Shown here one piece after another: positions 34,251-47,445 of a stretch of 64,000 bases of DNA. Both the position numbers and the translations under genes were made by a program. The notes below the pieces were generated by a model. It was not told the DNA's origin. It searched no databases and was given only the letters and a program-made list of their open reading frames with translations. The DNA is taken from contig NC_135905.1 of NCBI RefSeq assembly GCF_964194155.1, forward strand, positions 8,928,001 through 8,992,000, written 5' to 3'. The DNA is from Cetorhinus maximus (lineage: Eukaryota). Every line of letters starts with the position of its first letter. The first letter of the stretch is position 1.

Positions 34251-35585
34251 GAAAGCACTTAGCAGGTACGGAGAGAGAGAAACAGAGTTAATGTTTTAAG
34301 TTGAAGATCCTTCACCAGGTTTTCTTGAAGACTTCATGTGACACCTTCCCCTTTGAGATGGTGCCTATGTACAATTGCTGTGCTCGTTCCTGGTGATCAT
34401 GCCTAGGGTTTATGTGCCCTTCACCACCTTCATAGACACTGTTCGCTGTGTCCTCTTCCATTTCCCCCTGGAGCCCATACACACACTTCCTGCACTGAGA
34501 TATTTTCTGTGATCCCAATGCCCTGTTGAGGTTTGTGTTCTCGTCACAGGATCCCTGTCCCCTCCTCTCTCCTTAGGCACTTGCCTGTGATCCCAGTGTT
34601 GATTCTTCCCTTGAAGGTTGTGCTTCCAGTTCCTTGCACCAGCTCACAGGGTGTCTATGCCTTCCCTCCTTGCTAGACTCTTTTTCTGGTGTCCCTGTGG
34701 TCTCAGTCTCCTGATTTTAAACGCCCTCCAGATGACTGTGCCCAGGACACAATCTTTGTTCTTCCTCTGTGCTGTTTTGCATCTAAGTGCCACTCCATTG
34801 TTGAGCCCCAGATGTGGGTTTCTGTTTTGCAAAGTGCCCTTTAAATCACTGGTCCATGAAGCTGCTTTGGGCCACTGAGTTATTGGAATGCTGGCCCTAA
34901 CCATTAGAGCTTCTGCTTGATACTTTGAGCTGTTGGAAGAGGTTGATGCCCTTGGGTGACTGCTGGCAGTTTAAAAATAGTTTCTTTTATTCTTCCATGG
35001 GATGTGGGTGTCTTTTGCTAGGCCAGGATTTATTGCTCACCCAGAATTGCCCTTGAAAAGGTATAAAGTATATAAGGTATAAAGTATATTTTCTACTTTC
35101 AGTCTATCTTTGTTCAGTTTGAATTAACTGTTAATTTGATTATTTTTAGCAAACAACAACTTCTGTTTTATTTAAATTGCTCAATTCAAGTTACTCAATC
35201 TGATATTTTTTCAAGGTTAAATGATTTCAAATGAATGGAAGTTGACGACACAATACATATTGATCATTTCCCTCGATCCTTCTGGTATTGCTGCATCTGT
35301 CTGATACTATTTTTTTGATCCCTGTAGCATAAAAGTCTGGCTGACAGTCCAGTGTGGTGCTGAGGGTGTGTTGTACTGTCAGAGGTGCAATCTTTCAGAT
35401 GAGACGTTAAACTAAGTCCCAGCTGTGCTCTCAGGTGGATTTAAAACAGCGGTTCCCAAATGGGATCCCAGAGACAGCAAATGGGATTGCGGGCTTCCCC
35501 TCTTCTGATGCTGCATCTCACACTGAGGCACAGATGACGTCCAGCCATGCCCTTGCTCTGCTCATCTGTGCTTCCCTCTCTCTGT

Positions 35586-36752
35586 NNNNNNNNNNNNNNN
35601 NNNNNNNNNNNNNNNNNNNNNNNNNNNNNNNNNNNNNNNNNNNNNNNNNNNNNNNNNNNNNNNNNNNNNNNNNNNNNNNNNNNNNNNNNNNNNNNNNNNN
35701 NNNNNNNNNNNNNNNNNNNNNNNNNNNNNNNNNNNNNNNNNNNNNNNNNNNNNNNNNNNNNNNNNNNNNNNNNNNNNNNNNNNNNNNNNNNNNNNNNNNN
35801 NNNNNNNNNNNNNNNNNNNNNNNNNNNNNNNNNNNNNNNNNNNNNNNNNNNNNNNNNNNNNNNNNNNNNNNNNNNNNNNNNNNNNNNNNNNNNNNNNNNN
35901 NNNNNNNNNNNNNNNNNNNNNNNNNNNNNNNNNNNNNNNNNNNNNNNNNNNNNNNNNNNNNNNNNNNNNNNNNNNNNNNNNNNNNNNNNNNNNNNNNNNN
36001 NNNNNNNNNNNNNNNNTCTCCCTCTCTCGGCCTGTCTCTCCCTCTCCCTCTCTCGGCCTGTCTCTCCCTCTCCCTCTCTCGGCCTGTCTCTCCCTCTCCC
36101 TCTCTCGGCCTGTCTCTGTCTGTCCGTCTCTCGGCCTGTCTCTGTCNNNNNNNNNNNNNNNNNNNNNNNNNNNNNNNNNNNNNNNNNNNNNNNNNNNNNN
36201 NNNNNNNNNNNNNNNNNNNNNNNNNNNNNNNNNNNNNNNNNNNNNNNNNNNNNNNNNNNNNNNNNNNNNNNNNNNNNNNNNNNNNNNNNNNNNNNNNNNN
36301 NNNNNNNNNNNNNNNNNNNNNNNNNNNNNNNNNNNNNNNNNNNNNNNNNNNNNNNNNNNNNNNNNNNNNNNNNNNNNNNNNNNNNNNNNNNNNNNNNNNN
36401 NNNNNNNNNNNNNNNNNNNNNNNNNNNNNNNNNNNNNNNNNNNNNNNNNNNNNNNNNNNNNNNNNNNNNNNNNNNNNNNNNNNNNNNNNNNNNNNNNNNN
36501 NNNNNNNNNNNNNNNNNNNNNNNNNNNNNNNNNNNNNNNNNNNNNNNNNNNNNNNNNNNNNNNNNNNNNNNNNNNNNNNNNNNNNNNNNNNNNNNNNNNN
36601 NNNNNNNNNNNNNNNNNNNNNNNNNNNNNNNNNNNNNNNNNNNNNNNNNNNNNNNNNNNNNNNNNNNNNNNNNNNNNNNNNNNNNNNNNNNNNNNNNNNN
36701 NNNNNNNNNNNNNNNNNNNNNNNNNNNNNNNNNNNNNNNNNNNNNNNNNNNN
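35586..36752. repeat. N-gaps flanking a CT-rich tandem repeat (CTCTCGGCCTGTCTCTCCCTCTCCCT)n at 36017-36146
   Basis: Runs of N; low-complexity CT repeat. Confidence 0.9.
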
Positions 36753-37011
36753 TTTCTCCCTGAGTCATTCATTTTCTTCTACCCCACTTTATCCTTCATC
36801 CATTGAATCTTTTTACTGGATTTAATCTTGGCACTGGCACATCTTCTGAAGACCACTTAATGTCAAATGCAGGGCCACAACTGAGCTTGGGCTTGGGCTG
36901 TAGGAGTTGCCACACCTGACCGCTGGCTGACCTCTGTAGGAGGGAGGGGAGAGGGGCTGATTAGATTTTCGTGGGGTGGGGGTTGTGGGGCAAAGAGGGA
37001 CTGATTAGAAG

Positions 37012-37013
<2 letters not shown>

Positions 37014-37046
<33 letters not shown>
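37014..37046. repeat. (GT)n microsatellite
   Basis: About 16 GT units. Confidence 0.9.
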
Positions 37047-39229
37047 GGGAGAGTGGAGAGGGGCTTTACTGTGCCCTCTGTCGCAGGTAATATCGAGAGC
37101 TTGGCTGAAACCTACATGAGTACATAAAATAACATTTTACAAAATGCTTTAAAAACACATTTTCATATTTGTGTTTTTATTATATGTTGATCTATAATAT
37201 GCAAACTTTAATTACATACTGGGTGTTACTATGTTGCTTTATTTGCTGTTATCTTTTTGCCGGTGTCTGGATTCACAATTTTTAAGTGTTAAAATGGGGT
37301 CACACGGGGAAATAACTTGGGAAGCATTGATGTAAAAGATCCCGTGACACCAATTGCAGAAAGAGCGGGGGAAATCTTCTTGGTGTCCTGGCCAATTTTT
37401 CCCCTTCAATCAACATCATTGAAAAACATTATCTGGTCATTCTCACGTCGCTGTGAGCACTTTCTGTGCACAAATTGGTTGATGCATTTCCTCCATTACG
37501 ACAGTGATTACACTTCAAAAGTACTTCACTGGCTGTAAAGTGCCTTGGGGCAACCGGGGGTAGTGAAGGGCACGTTATAAATGCAAAACCTTCCCTCTTT
37601 GGTCCAGTGAAAACTTTTTCCACATCACTGTTGCATGACTATCTCTGGCAACCTTCTGGGCGCTTGTTCTCTGGAGGTGGCAACCTAGTTGTTCCCTGAT
37701 GGTGCTGAGTGTGATTGTATTGGTGAGACCAAAGCGCAAGGATTTATTTATTTATGCTTTTAAAAAATATATATATACTGTATTTCACACTGTTATTGGA
37801 TTTTATTTTATTGGTGTTGGAAAAGTTCCAGGATAAGCTGTTGTTTCCAGGAATGTTCCAGTGTGTCCGAGCAATGCTGTGCACTTGTTGGCATCTTTAA
37901 AAAGTTATCAGAAAATATCTTTGGTCGGTTATTGTGAAATACCGTGTCTCGTATATTAATCGGGTTGGTGTTAAAGATGGGTCGATTGTTCAACTTGAGC
38001 ATGGTTGGGACGCGGTTTGTTTTTGCAATTGTGCCCAGTTTTATGTGACGCATTTTAAAAAGCCTGTAGTGGCTCCTGCCACACTCTGCTGCAGGTACCT
38101 TGTAAACGTCCATCTTGCAACCAGCAAACGTGGCACCACTGCTTAATTTTTCTCTTGTGACAAAGTGGCGAAATTAGCCAAAAGTCGACGTTGCAAATTT
38201 GGATTGAGACGCTAAGCAACGCTTATGCTGCCTGAACTTTTACCCACAGGCAGAGCAATGCTGCGGTCACCTGAAGGTTAGCTGGAGGCTTATTGATTTT
38301 GCTGTTGTGCTAGATTGGTTGCTACCTTGGGGAAAGGCAAGATTTCCAAGAAAAATTACAGTAATAGCGATTTTCTCTCTTGTACACTTTTTGAGCTTTG
38401 GAGTTTAAATACCTATTTATAATATATTATATACCTGTATACAAATAAAATAGTCTTCCATCAACTTCAGTGGCCAGAAATGCTAAACCTTAGTGCCATG
38501 CTAGCTTCTGAGCTCGACTCCCTCCCTACCCTAATTAAAACTGGTTTCATTCATCTCTGCAATGTTGGCTGTCTCTGTGCCTTGTCTTCTGCTGCTCCTC
38601 CTTCAGGTACCTGCCTTAAGATAGCATCGGCAACCATGGATTTCTATTGGATTGGCCCATGGTTATGTTTGGCAAGATACTGTAGTGGTTTGCTGTTGCC
38701 TTCCGCAGTATGGCTGACCAGGAAACACTCTCACTGTTCACCACCTGCCATCAGGCACATTGGAAGGATTTGCAGCCGATAGTCAACCTGTTTGGCCACG
38801 TTGTGCATGCTCCTTCCATGGCCATCGAGCCCTGAAGTGGGACATGAACCCGGAGCTTCTGGCCCAGAGGTAGAGCCGCTACAACTGTGCCACAAGACCA
38901 CCTGCTGCTGCCAAAACCCTAGCCCCATCCTTCATCGCCTTAAGGCTTGGCTCCTCCAATGCCCTTCCAGCTGTCCTCCCCATGTCAACTTTTTACAAGG
39001 TCCAACTCTTCAAAGCAACCTCCCTCACACTGGAGTCCTGCACTGCCATTGCTGACATACTTTCCCCATTCCACTTGCTTTAGTGTGTCTGTCTCAAAAT
39101 TCTCAGCTTTCAAATATCTCCCTGGCTTTTCTCCATTGTACATTAGTAAATTCTTCAACCCTGCGTTCAGCATTATGACAATCTTGGCCAATAGAAGTTA
39201 CTGACTAAGCACAGATGTGACTATGGTGA

Positions 39230-39466
39230 AATAAAAATAAAAATAGCTGGAAAAACTCAGCAGGTCCGACAGCTTCTGCGGAGAGGAATACAGTTAACGT
39301 TTCGAGTCCGTATGACTCTTCATCAGAACTGGTGAAGAGTCATACGGACTCGAAACGTTAACTGTGTTCCTCTCCGCAGATGCTGTCAGACCTGCTGAGT
39401 TGTTCCAGCTATTATTTCTATTTTTGCTGCAGATTTCCAGCATCCGCAGTATTTTGCTTTTATCTT
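39230..39466. mobile_element. Penelope-end fold-back mini-element with two opposed hammerhead-like motifs
   Basis: About 95-bp inverted arms; perfect 14-bp TSD TGTGACTATGGTGA (39216-39229, 39467-39480). Confidence 0.85.
39291..39332 (-). ncRNA. Minimal type I hammerhead ribozyme motif (Penelope type)
   Basis: Minus strand CAGTT CTGATGA A GAGTC-ATACG-GACTC GAAAC GTT AACTG: intact CUGAUGA/GAAA core, 5-bp stem II, 5-bp stem I, palindromic AACGTT stem III. Confidence 0.65.
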
Positions 39467-40519
39467 TGTGACTATGGTGACTTTGTTTTAGCCATATTCA
39501 TTAATTTTAGTTAGAAAACGCCTTGCACAATAGAGGTGAATGCACTTTGTGTGTACTTACTTATCAAACTTATCAACAACTCATCAAACCATTCATTATG
39601 AACCTTGCAAAACCTGTCTCCCCTACCAGTTTATGGGAGTCTGGTATAAATTTATCAGAGACAGTACATCTTAGGCAAGGTCTAGGTTTTTGTCCTGTGA
39701 GCAGTGCTTAGACTTTATCAGAGTAATTCCTGCCTTGCACAAATGATATGCCAACCCTGCCCCTGCTCTCCATGTGGATCATGCCATGATGTGTCCTGTG
39801 GGATCTGTTCATTGTTGGTTTATCTTGCGTTCTCGTGAACTGGAGCAGTTATTTGTACTGTTCGACTTGAGCACAATAGCAACACCCCACTCCATGTAGT
39901 TTTGCTGGTGTGTCCAAGGTGCCAAAATCAGGTGTTTTCACCCATGTTAAAGACCATTCTAGCGGATGACCAATAACCAAAGTGCGCAGAACGGCCAGCA
40001 AACATTTTTGTTCTGTCTTTTGCCTTACCGTTTTTGCAACAAGCACGAAAAAAGATTAAAGTTCACATGCCCATATATGTAAATGAGTATCGAGATCACA
40101 TGCTGAACAACAGTGTCTATTACTCATAATTTACTAATAATTAACCACATGGTTAATGTACTAGACTGTGCTGCTTGTGCTCCCTCCTCTTCACCATTGG
40201 TGACTTCCTTTTAGGCTGCGATACTTCTTCCTTCTACCCTGTTCACCTTTGCCATACTCTTTCCCTGCTTTAAAAATCTCCTCATAACTCCCCTCTTTGA
40301 ACATGAATCCAATTACTCAAACTTGCCCCTCTCTCTCCCTCCCCATTTCCCACGCTCAGGGCACATTGTCTATGTTTCCTCATGTTAAAGGGCACGGAAA
40401 CTGTTTTCCTGTAAGTGAGGAACATTAAATAAATACCAGGTACTGTTGTAAACCTCATTTTGAACATTAGAAATTTCGCTTATTGTGGAGAATATCACAA
40501 GTGTAAGGGTTTTAAACTG

Positions 40520-40706
40520 TTGCTGAAAAAAGAGAGAAGCTGTTGAAACTTAACCAATCACAGCCAACTTGCTAACCAATCAGCACTCTTTTCTCATGCA
40601 GTGTATATTGTTGCTCCCTTTGAAATTTGGTAGTCTTGCATCTGTCCTGATGAGTGCAAGTTGAAAAGCGTTGATGGCATGTCTCTTTTTTTCAGCAATG
40701 CTCAGT
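40520..40706. mobile_element. Second Penelope family terminal fragment with inverted ends
   Basis: TGCTGAAAAAAGAGA ... TCTCTTTTTTTCAGCA; CCTGATGAGTGCAAGTTGAAAAGC hammerhead-like end; homologous to 45495-45606. Confidence 0.6.
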
Positions 40707-41212
40707 TTTTAAAGTAATTTGAATGATTTGATTACTGCAACTTTCCTTTATGGTTATGCTCTCCTGACATTTCAGGGAGGCTCCTGTGTTGATAAATGCT
40801 TTGGAGTTGGTCACTAAAAGTTTAGACAGCTTTTCCCCCAATCAGTTGCTTTGTTACCTAACAGTTTTGTAGCTAATTTATCAATTCACAGTTTGAGCCA
40901 GTAATGTGCAAGCATGACATAGGCTGTGCGTATTGCAAACACGGCAGCTAAGGTGGTCGAGGAATGGTGATGGACAGGAATTTCATCATCTATCATGTTT
41001 TTTGCTAGTACATCTTGTAAATGGTCAGCCAGAAGCTGCACTGTTTTATAAGGACAGGAGCATTATGCCATTCAATTACACAATACATTGTTATTCTGCT
41101 GAAAGTGTACATGTGCGTTTCTGTAAGACAACAAAGTTTAATTGATAAGTAAACACTGGAACTTAAAAGGTTGATTGCTATTCAAGCTAGAGCTGAGAAC
41201 CTTGTCTTCAAG

Positions 41213-41770
41213 AACATAAGAAATAGGAGCATAAGCGGACTATATGGCCGTGTGAACTTGCTCTGTCATTCAATCCGATCATGGCTGATCATTGGCCTTA
41301 ACACCACTTGCCCATCTGCTCCCCAGATCATTTGATTTCCTGACAAACCAAAAATCTGTCTATCTCAGCATTAAATGTACTCAGTGATGGTACATCTACA
41401 ACCCTCTGGGGTAAAGAATTCCAAAAAATCAGAACCCTATGAGTGAAGAAATTTCTCCTCACCCCAGTCCTAAATGATTGGTCCCTTATCCTGAGGCTGT
41501 GCTCCCATGTTCTAGATTCCCCAAACAGGGAATCTCTTAATATCTACCCTGTCAAGGTCCTTCAGAGTCTCATATGTTTCATTGAGATCTCCTCTCGTTC
41601 TTCTAAATTCCGGAGAATAGAGGCTTCATTTACTCAGCCTCTCATCATAGTACAACCCTCTCAACCCAGGGACCAATCTAGTGAACCTTCGCTGCAATCC
41701 TTCCTTAAATATGGAGACCAAAATTGAGTAGAGCACTCCTAAGTTTGGCTCACCAAAGCCTGTACAATTT
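41213..41770 (-). mobile_element. CR1-type LINE 3' fragment
   Basis: AACATAAGAAATAGGAGC tail; GAGTGAAGAAATTTCTCCTC..CTAAATG..TGTTCTAGA reverse ORF2 end. Confidence 0.75.
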
Positions 41771-44590
41771 GTTCATTGGGCAGATGTTTAAGAGTCTTCG
41801 GATATTGTGGCTCTGTTATTGTGTATTTTTTGGGAATTTCATTGCTTTTTTTTACTACTTTGATGTGTAAGACAAATAAGTTAAAATGTGGAACTCACTA
41901 CCACACTAGTCGTTGAAGTGAACAGCATAGTTGCATTTAAGGGGAATTTAGATAAGTACTTGAGGAAGGGAATAGAGAATATGTTACTTGAGTGACGGAG
42001 GCTAATGTGGAGCAAAACACTGGCATAGACCAGTTGGGTTCAATGGTCTGTCGCTGCTGTCAATTCTGCATAATTCAATGAAAGATACCCTAGATAATTG
42101 TGAATCTCCTATTGTATTGCATACAGTAAGTAATTGGATGCCCTGTCCTGCAAGGCTGAGAATATTGTATCATGTAAATGGTAATGTCAGCGTGTTGCTT
42201 TAAGTAATTCAGTACCACTTCACTTAATTTCTGGATGTATTTTTTTAGTAATTGTCAAGTCGGATGTGATTAGAGATGCATTATTGGAGGTGAAAGGAGA
42301 GGGAGCTGGTGAACTTCAGAAGACAACCAGCGGTGGAATTAAATCTTTTTGTCCCAATTGACAATGAAGGATATGATTGCACAAAGTATAATTCCTCATG
42401 TTACCTTCCCTCTAAGGAACTGTTTATGCTTTGTTCAGTACTTCTCTCCGAAGGACTGGCTATGATCAGCCTGATTATGAAGAGAATTGTTTGCGTTCAC
42501 CCACACTGTCACCAGTGCCAGCAAGGTGACTGAGCACACTGGTACCTCTTATGCCACAAGAATTGTGAGTATTTGTGTTGGAGTGGGACTGGCATCAGCA
42601 CTGAATACTTCAGCTTTGAAATCAACCTGTCATCAGAATCGTGCCAGAAATCTGCCCGTTTGTCTCTCACCAGACCATTGATTCCTTCAAAATGATGCAC
42701 TTGCTCAAAGATACAAGTGCGCCAGTAATCTCCCAGTGGCCTGCTCAGAAACTTCGAGCTGCCCCCGCCCCCCCCCCCGCCTCCACTATTTCTGATTTTG
42801 TTAACTCCGCCTTTCTCACTTCAGCCGAAGAAGGAAGGGTCACTCCAGGTGAGTTGAACACAAACTGAGCTAATCTGCAGTCTCCAGACAGACCCTTGGT
42901 CTTTTTCCTATGTTCTTTTCAGCTACCCGATTACACAATCCGTAAAACAGTTCTGAATATCAAATTGAGTACCCCTGTGAAACTCTATAGCCCATTTATT
43001 GGCGTGTACAATATGGTGAATGCACACTGTTCTGGACCCATCAGTATTTTAGTATTCACTTTTTGGCATGCACACTGATTCTCTGTGTCCGCTTGTGAAT
43101 GTAAATATTGCAAAAGTACTGCGTGGCTTATGTATGTGTCCAAGGGCTGGAGCATAACCAGCTTCTGGGAAAGTAGATTTGAATATGTAGGATGTTCAAG
43201 GAATTTCACTTTGGGCTTGAATTGCAGTGTTTGGCTGAGAGGGCTCAACTCTGCATCCCAGTATGTGGACAAAGTGTTTACACGAAGACACTATCTCATT
43301 AAGTGTTAACTTTTTATTTAATGGTCATAGGCACATGAGCACGTGGGACCTGCAACTACTTTTCTATGAACACTTGGCTCCCAGGAGCTGCCTCCAGCAC
43401 TCTTGTCAAAAACAGCCTGGAACTTTCTTTAGAAATTTTTTCTTGAGGCCATCTTGCCAGCCAGTTCTTCCCTGATTACTCCCACCATCGCACTTGACCA
43501 CCCTCGACCACACTTCCAAGGCCAAAAAGGCAGGCAGTGGAGTTAATTCTGAAGCTTTGCTGCTCTTGTACACTTAACGGTGTCGTTGTTCAAGTTTCAG
43601 AAAAATGTAACGGTTGACGTATTACAATGCTTTAAGCTGTGGACAAACAATCAGCAATACCGTTACAGATTTTGTGCTTTCAAACTTGGATTATAATCTG
43701 CAGAGAACAATTTGAGCTGCTCTACTCTTATGGTGAAAAAGTAACAGGTCTTGTGGCAGCGATGGGAGCAATTTCTGGTGATGAATTAAGAATACACAGG
43801 AGTGTACTGCTGCAACATTACAGCGTATTGGCAGAAGTGCATTGATAAAAAATACTTGGTGACAAGAATTGCTTGAACAAAAATCCTCTTCCACCAGGCC
43901 ACTTGAGACTTGGTTTGCAAGCTAGGACTGTAAACACCAGAGCAGCCAAGTTATACTCTCATTGGTAAAGTTTAATTTGGTGTTCTGCATGAGTGAAGTG
44001 CAGTAAAATGAGCGCTGGCAGGCTTGTTTTCTGCTTATTGTGTCCATCTGCTGCCAAATCTGATTACAGTGAAACCTGTAAATTAAGGGCATCCAAGAGA
44101 CTTGCATAGGTGGCATTCTTTTTTTTTGCAGGTACCCTTATTTTCAAATTTTGATCTCTCAATAAGTGTTTTTTTTTAAGTGCTCAATTATACAGGTTTT
44201 TCTGTGCTTTGGTGATATTCTCTATTCACCCCGGAATATGCGGTAACTGCTGAAAGCTGAGGAATGTTTCTAGGCCCTGGAGCTCACTCCTAAATTTAAT
44301 TCCTCTAGACTTTTCATTGCATCGATATGAAGGGCTGGTCCTCAAACTCTACAATGGGTCTCCCAGCTGCATAATATCACCCTCCCAGTCATGGTGTGCT
44401 GAAGCAAAATGCAGATGCTGAAAGTCTGAAATAAAAGCAAAAAATGCTGGGCCCAGTCTGGTAGCATCATGGAGAAAGAAACAGCTAATGTTTCAGGCCA
44501 CTGACCCTTCCATCAGAATATAGTCTGCTGTCTGATATCAGGCAGGTTTTCATGATCATTGTGTTTTGTTTATCAGGTCAATAAGATAAA

Positions 44591-44669
44591 ATGAAGCTGA
44601 AGGAGATTGAGAGGACAGCCATTCAGTCCTGGAGCCCTGCTTCCCACCATCCCCTTTATTTGGCTACAG
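44591..44669 (+). CDS. SEC31B: Protein transport protein Sec31B (COPII outer coat), first coding exon
   Basis: [27 protein letters not shown]; acceptor at 44576, donor G|GTAACT; 79 nt; position downstream of NDUFB8 indicates the B paralogue. Confidence 0.93.
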
Positions 44670-44927
44670 GTAACTTCAGAAGATTCATCCAAACCATATG
44701 AAATGTATTCTACACTGTGACCTAATAAACAGTTGCTGTTTTGGAATTAATGTTGATGTATAATTTTTGTGGATATTGAGGTGAAATACGGATTTAATGT
44801 CCTCTTTTTTAGAATTTTGTTTTAAGATATAATACTCTCTTTAAGATTCCTTCTCCTAAATACATGCTCCAGAAATCGAATGCTGGAAAATGGATTGCTT
44901 TCCCAATTAGTCATTTGGTAGCACAGA

Positions 44928-45606
44928 ACTTGAGTATTGCTGAAAAAAGAGACATGTCAAAACTTTTTGTCCATTCTAATTTATACTATGAGGAATGAGT
45001 CAACGAATGGCTGTCGCTTATTTTGTTTAGTTGAAACAGGTGCAATGTGTGTACATGTTCTTTCTGTCTGCAAAGAACAAGGCCCTATGTACTAAAATAT
45101 GTAGTTTCCAGTACACGCAAATGTGCCACATTGCAAGCCCTACTGATGATCTTAAATTGGTTGTCAGCATAATTCTGAGCACACTGAGGATTATTTAGCG
45201 AATGTGGCCCAATCGTGGAATCACATTTAATGTTGGACATTGTTTTGAGTTTTGCAAGTATGGGCTGGTTGGGTACCATGCCCATTGTGAATAGCAGCTA
45301 GGACATGCTGTTTGATACGATCTGGCAGTCTTTGAGTCGTACAGCCTACATACCTGGCATCACACTGGCACTGAAATTCATGTACCACATGTTTGTGCCA
45401 GTGTGATGGTTTAAGTTTCACACAGTGCTTGGCAGTTAACAGTCGGTCACCATCAATTGATGCATTCTCCATGGCAATGCCTGTATCAGAGTCCACTTGC
45501 CAACCAATCAGCACTGTCTTCTCATACAGTATAAATCGTTGTTTCCCCTTGCGAAGTGTCCTGATGAGTGCAAGATGAAAAGCTCCGACATGTCTCTTTT
45601 TCCAGC
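44928..45606 (-). mobile_element. Penelope-like element fragment (GIY-YIG) with inverted terminal repeat
   Basis: KHVVHEFQCQCDARYVGCTTQRLPDRIKQHV ... FKIISRA..HLRVLETTY; ends GCTGAAAAAAGAGACATGTC / GACATGTCTCTTTTTCCAGC are inverted. Confidence 0.8.
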
Positions 45607-46254
45607 TTTTCCAATTGGTCACTTGGTGTTCATTAGTGTCAGTTGTTTCAGGTACAGTATGAAGTTCTTTTTATTTTCCCCAGTAACGTGCCTCAGCCCT
45701 ACTGTCAGATAGACAAGCCACTGCTGGACTAGTGTGACTTTTCCAATCCCCTTTATAGCTTTGTGCCCTCTCAAAGTATAAGTGACAAGTTGTGGACCGT
45801 CTTATGCAGCCCCAGGTGATTGCAATTTTAAATTGGGACTGATCTAACCTCTGTTCATCTGTTGGGTTCCAACAACTGGAAGAGATTTTTATCCCCAAAG
45901 TCTGAGCTGTATTGAACCCAGCTTTCAGGCATGAAAGGATCATGTGCATTGTACAATGCCCGATGACATGGTTTTTGATGGTTTTCCAGCACTAATGTTG
46001 AAAGCCCTGTGGTGGCATAAGTGAACCACATCTTTTATTGAATGGCGCAGTGTCTTTAGTGCAATGGAATGTTTGACCACGTAAAGGGTTCGGTGAGGTA
46101 TTGTCCTTTATGTTCTGTTGCACAATATAAGAATCTCATGACTTCCTGACCTCCAATAGAATTTCACCTTGTTGAAGTAAGTGGGACCAGGACATAGTTG
46201 GTGGTCTGGCATTTCAGTAGTGTCAAAGTTTTATTATTAGAAGAAGGAAATAAA

Positions 46255-46540
46255 GAACTTGAACTTAAACAGCACCTTTCATGACCTCAATTGGGCTTTA
46301 CAGTCAACCTTTTGAAGTGTAGTCACTCTTGTAATGTCAGGAAAAGCAGCAGCCAGTTTGTGCACAGAAAGGTCTCACCAACAGCAAAGAAATAAATGAC
46401 CAGATATTTTTAGTGAGATTGGTTGAAAGATAAATACTGCTCAAGACATCGAAGAGAACGCCTCTGCTTTTCTTCGAATAGTGCCATGGGATCATTTACA
46501 TCCCACTGAGGGGCAGGAGGCTCTTGGTTTAGCACCTCAG
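46255..46540 (-). mobile_element. SacSINE1/DeuSINE-type SINE
   Basis: TTGAAGTGTAGTCACT, GCAGCCAGTTTGTGCACAG, ATAGTGCCATGGGATCATTTACATCC. Confidence 0.7.
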
Positions 46541-47321
46541 TACCAATAACAACTTGTATTTGCTTGGCACTGTTCACATAGTAAAACATTCCCAAGACGC
46601 TTTGCAGGAGTGTTATCAAAGAAAATTTGATACAATCTCATCCAAAAGCCATCAGCTCCCACAAGTCCTCAATAATGCACAGAACTTTCAGCCTAGATTA
46701 TCTACTGAAGCCTGTGGAGTGGATCCAATATTCCTCATTCTGGACACAATATAGCACCTAACACTCAGTGCCCCGGCGTTACATAGCCAGTCCATCAACA
46801 AGTAACGCTCCAGCCAGCCCAGCAGCTTGTAATGTATGCGGCCCAATTTTGAGACCCAGTGTTGCAGGGCATCCAACTTGAGACCCGATGACATAGCATT
46901 GTGCACTCAACCCACGTTTAAAGGCACAGCTTTGTGCGTCCAGCAACACAGTAATGAGTGCTTTATGTAAAGCAGCAGTTGGTTGAATTATTGTCTTTCC
47001 CTATATTCTGACAGTGACAGTACTTCAGTAAGTACTTAATTGCCGATAAGATGTCCTGAAGTTATGATAAGTGCTATTCTTCTGTACTGCCTGCTTGTTC
47101 GTATGCACTATGTTACTAAATCCTTGGCTGCTGTCTTAAATCACTTGAAAGACACGAGTGTTGCTGTCACAATCCAATGGACACCATCTGAAATTCAGTT
47201 CTGATAAAATAATTCCGCTAACAAAATAAAGGCCATAGCAGTTTTTAAATAGTTGTTTCAGTAGGCATGAGCCTATCAATTATTGTTAAAGTGTAGGTTA
47301 CACCTTTCTTTTGCATTGAAG

Positions 47322-47445
47322 GTACCTCGGCACAACAGTTGGATGCTACCTTCAGCACAAACGCAGCACTGGAGATCTATGAGCTGGACTTTTCAGATCC
47401 CTCATTGGATGCAAAATTGCGAGGCTGCCTACCTGCTACCAGCAG
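47322..47445 (+). CDS. SEC31B: SEC31B coding exon 2
   Basis: [41 protein letters not shown]; AAG|..|GTGAGT; 124 nt. Confidence 0.95.

Larger units (their letters stand above)
35447..37329. mobile_element. hAT-type DNA transposon spanning two assembly gaps, inserted in a SINE
   Basis: TIRs CAGCGGTTCCCAAA / TTGGGAAGCATTG; near-perfect 8-bp TSD ATTTAAAA (35439-35446) / ATGTAAAA (37330-37337); the SINE halves 35330-35446 and 37330-37590 join seamlessly. Confidence 0.7.

Noticed and set aside
35435-36806. ORFs of more than 400 aa
   Set aside because: Consist of X residues from N-gaps and CT repeat
38250-38276. Possible 27-nt SEC31B 5'-UTR exon with an upstream ATG (CACAG|...GAAG|GTTAGC)
   Set aside because: Weak donor and short pyrimidine tract; cannot be told from chance without RNA data
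42450-44100. Cluster of 60-95 aa ORFs in SEC31B intron 1
   Set aside because: No recognisable protein motif or splice pattern; possibly an ancient TE remnant
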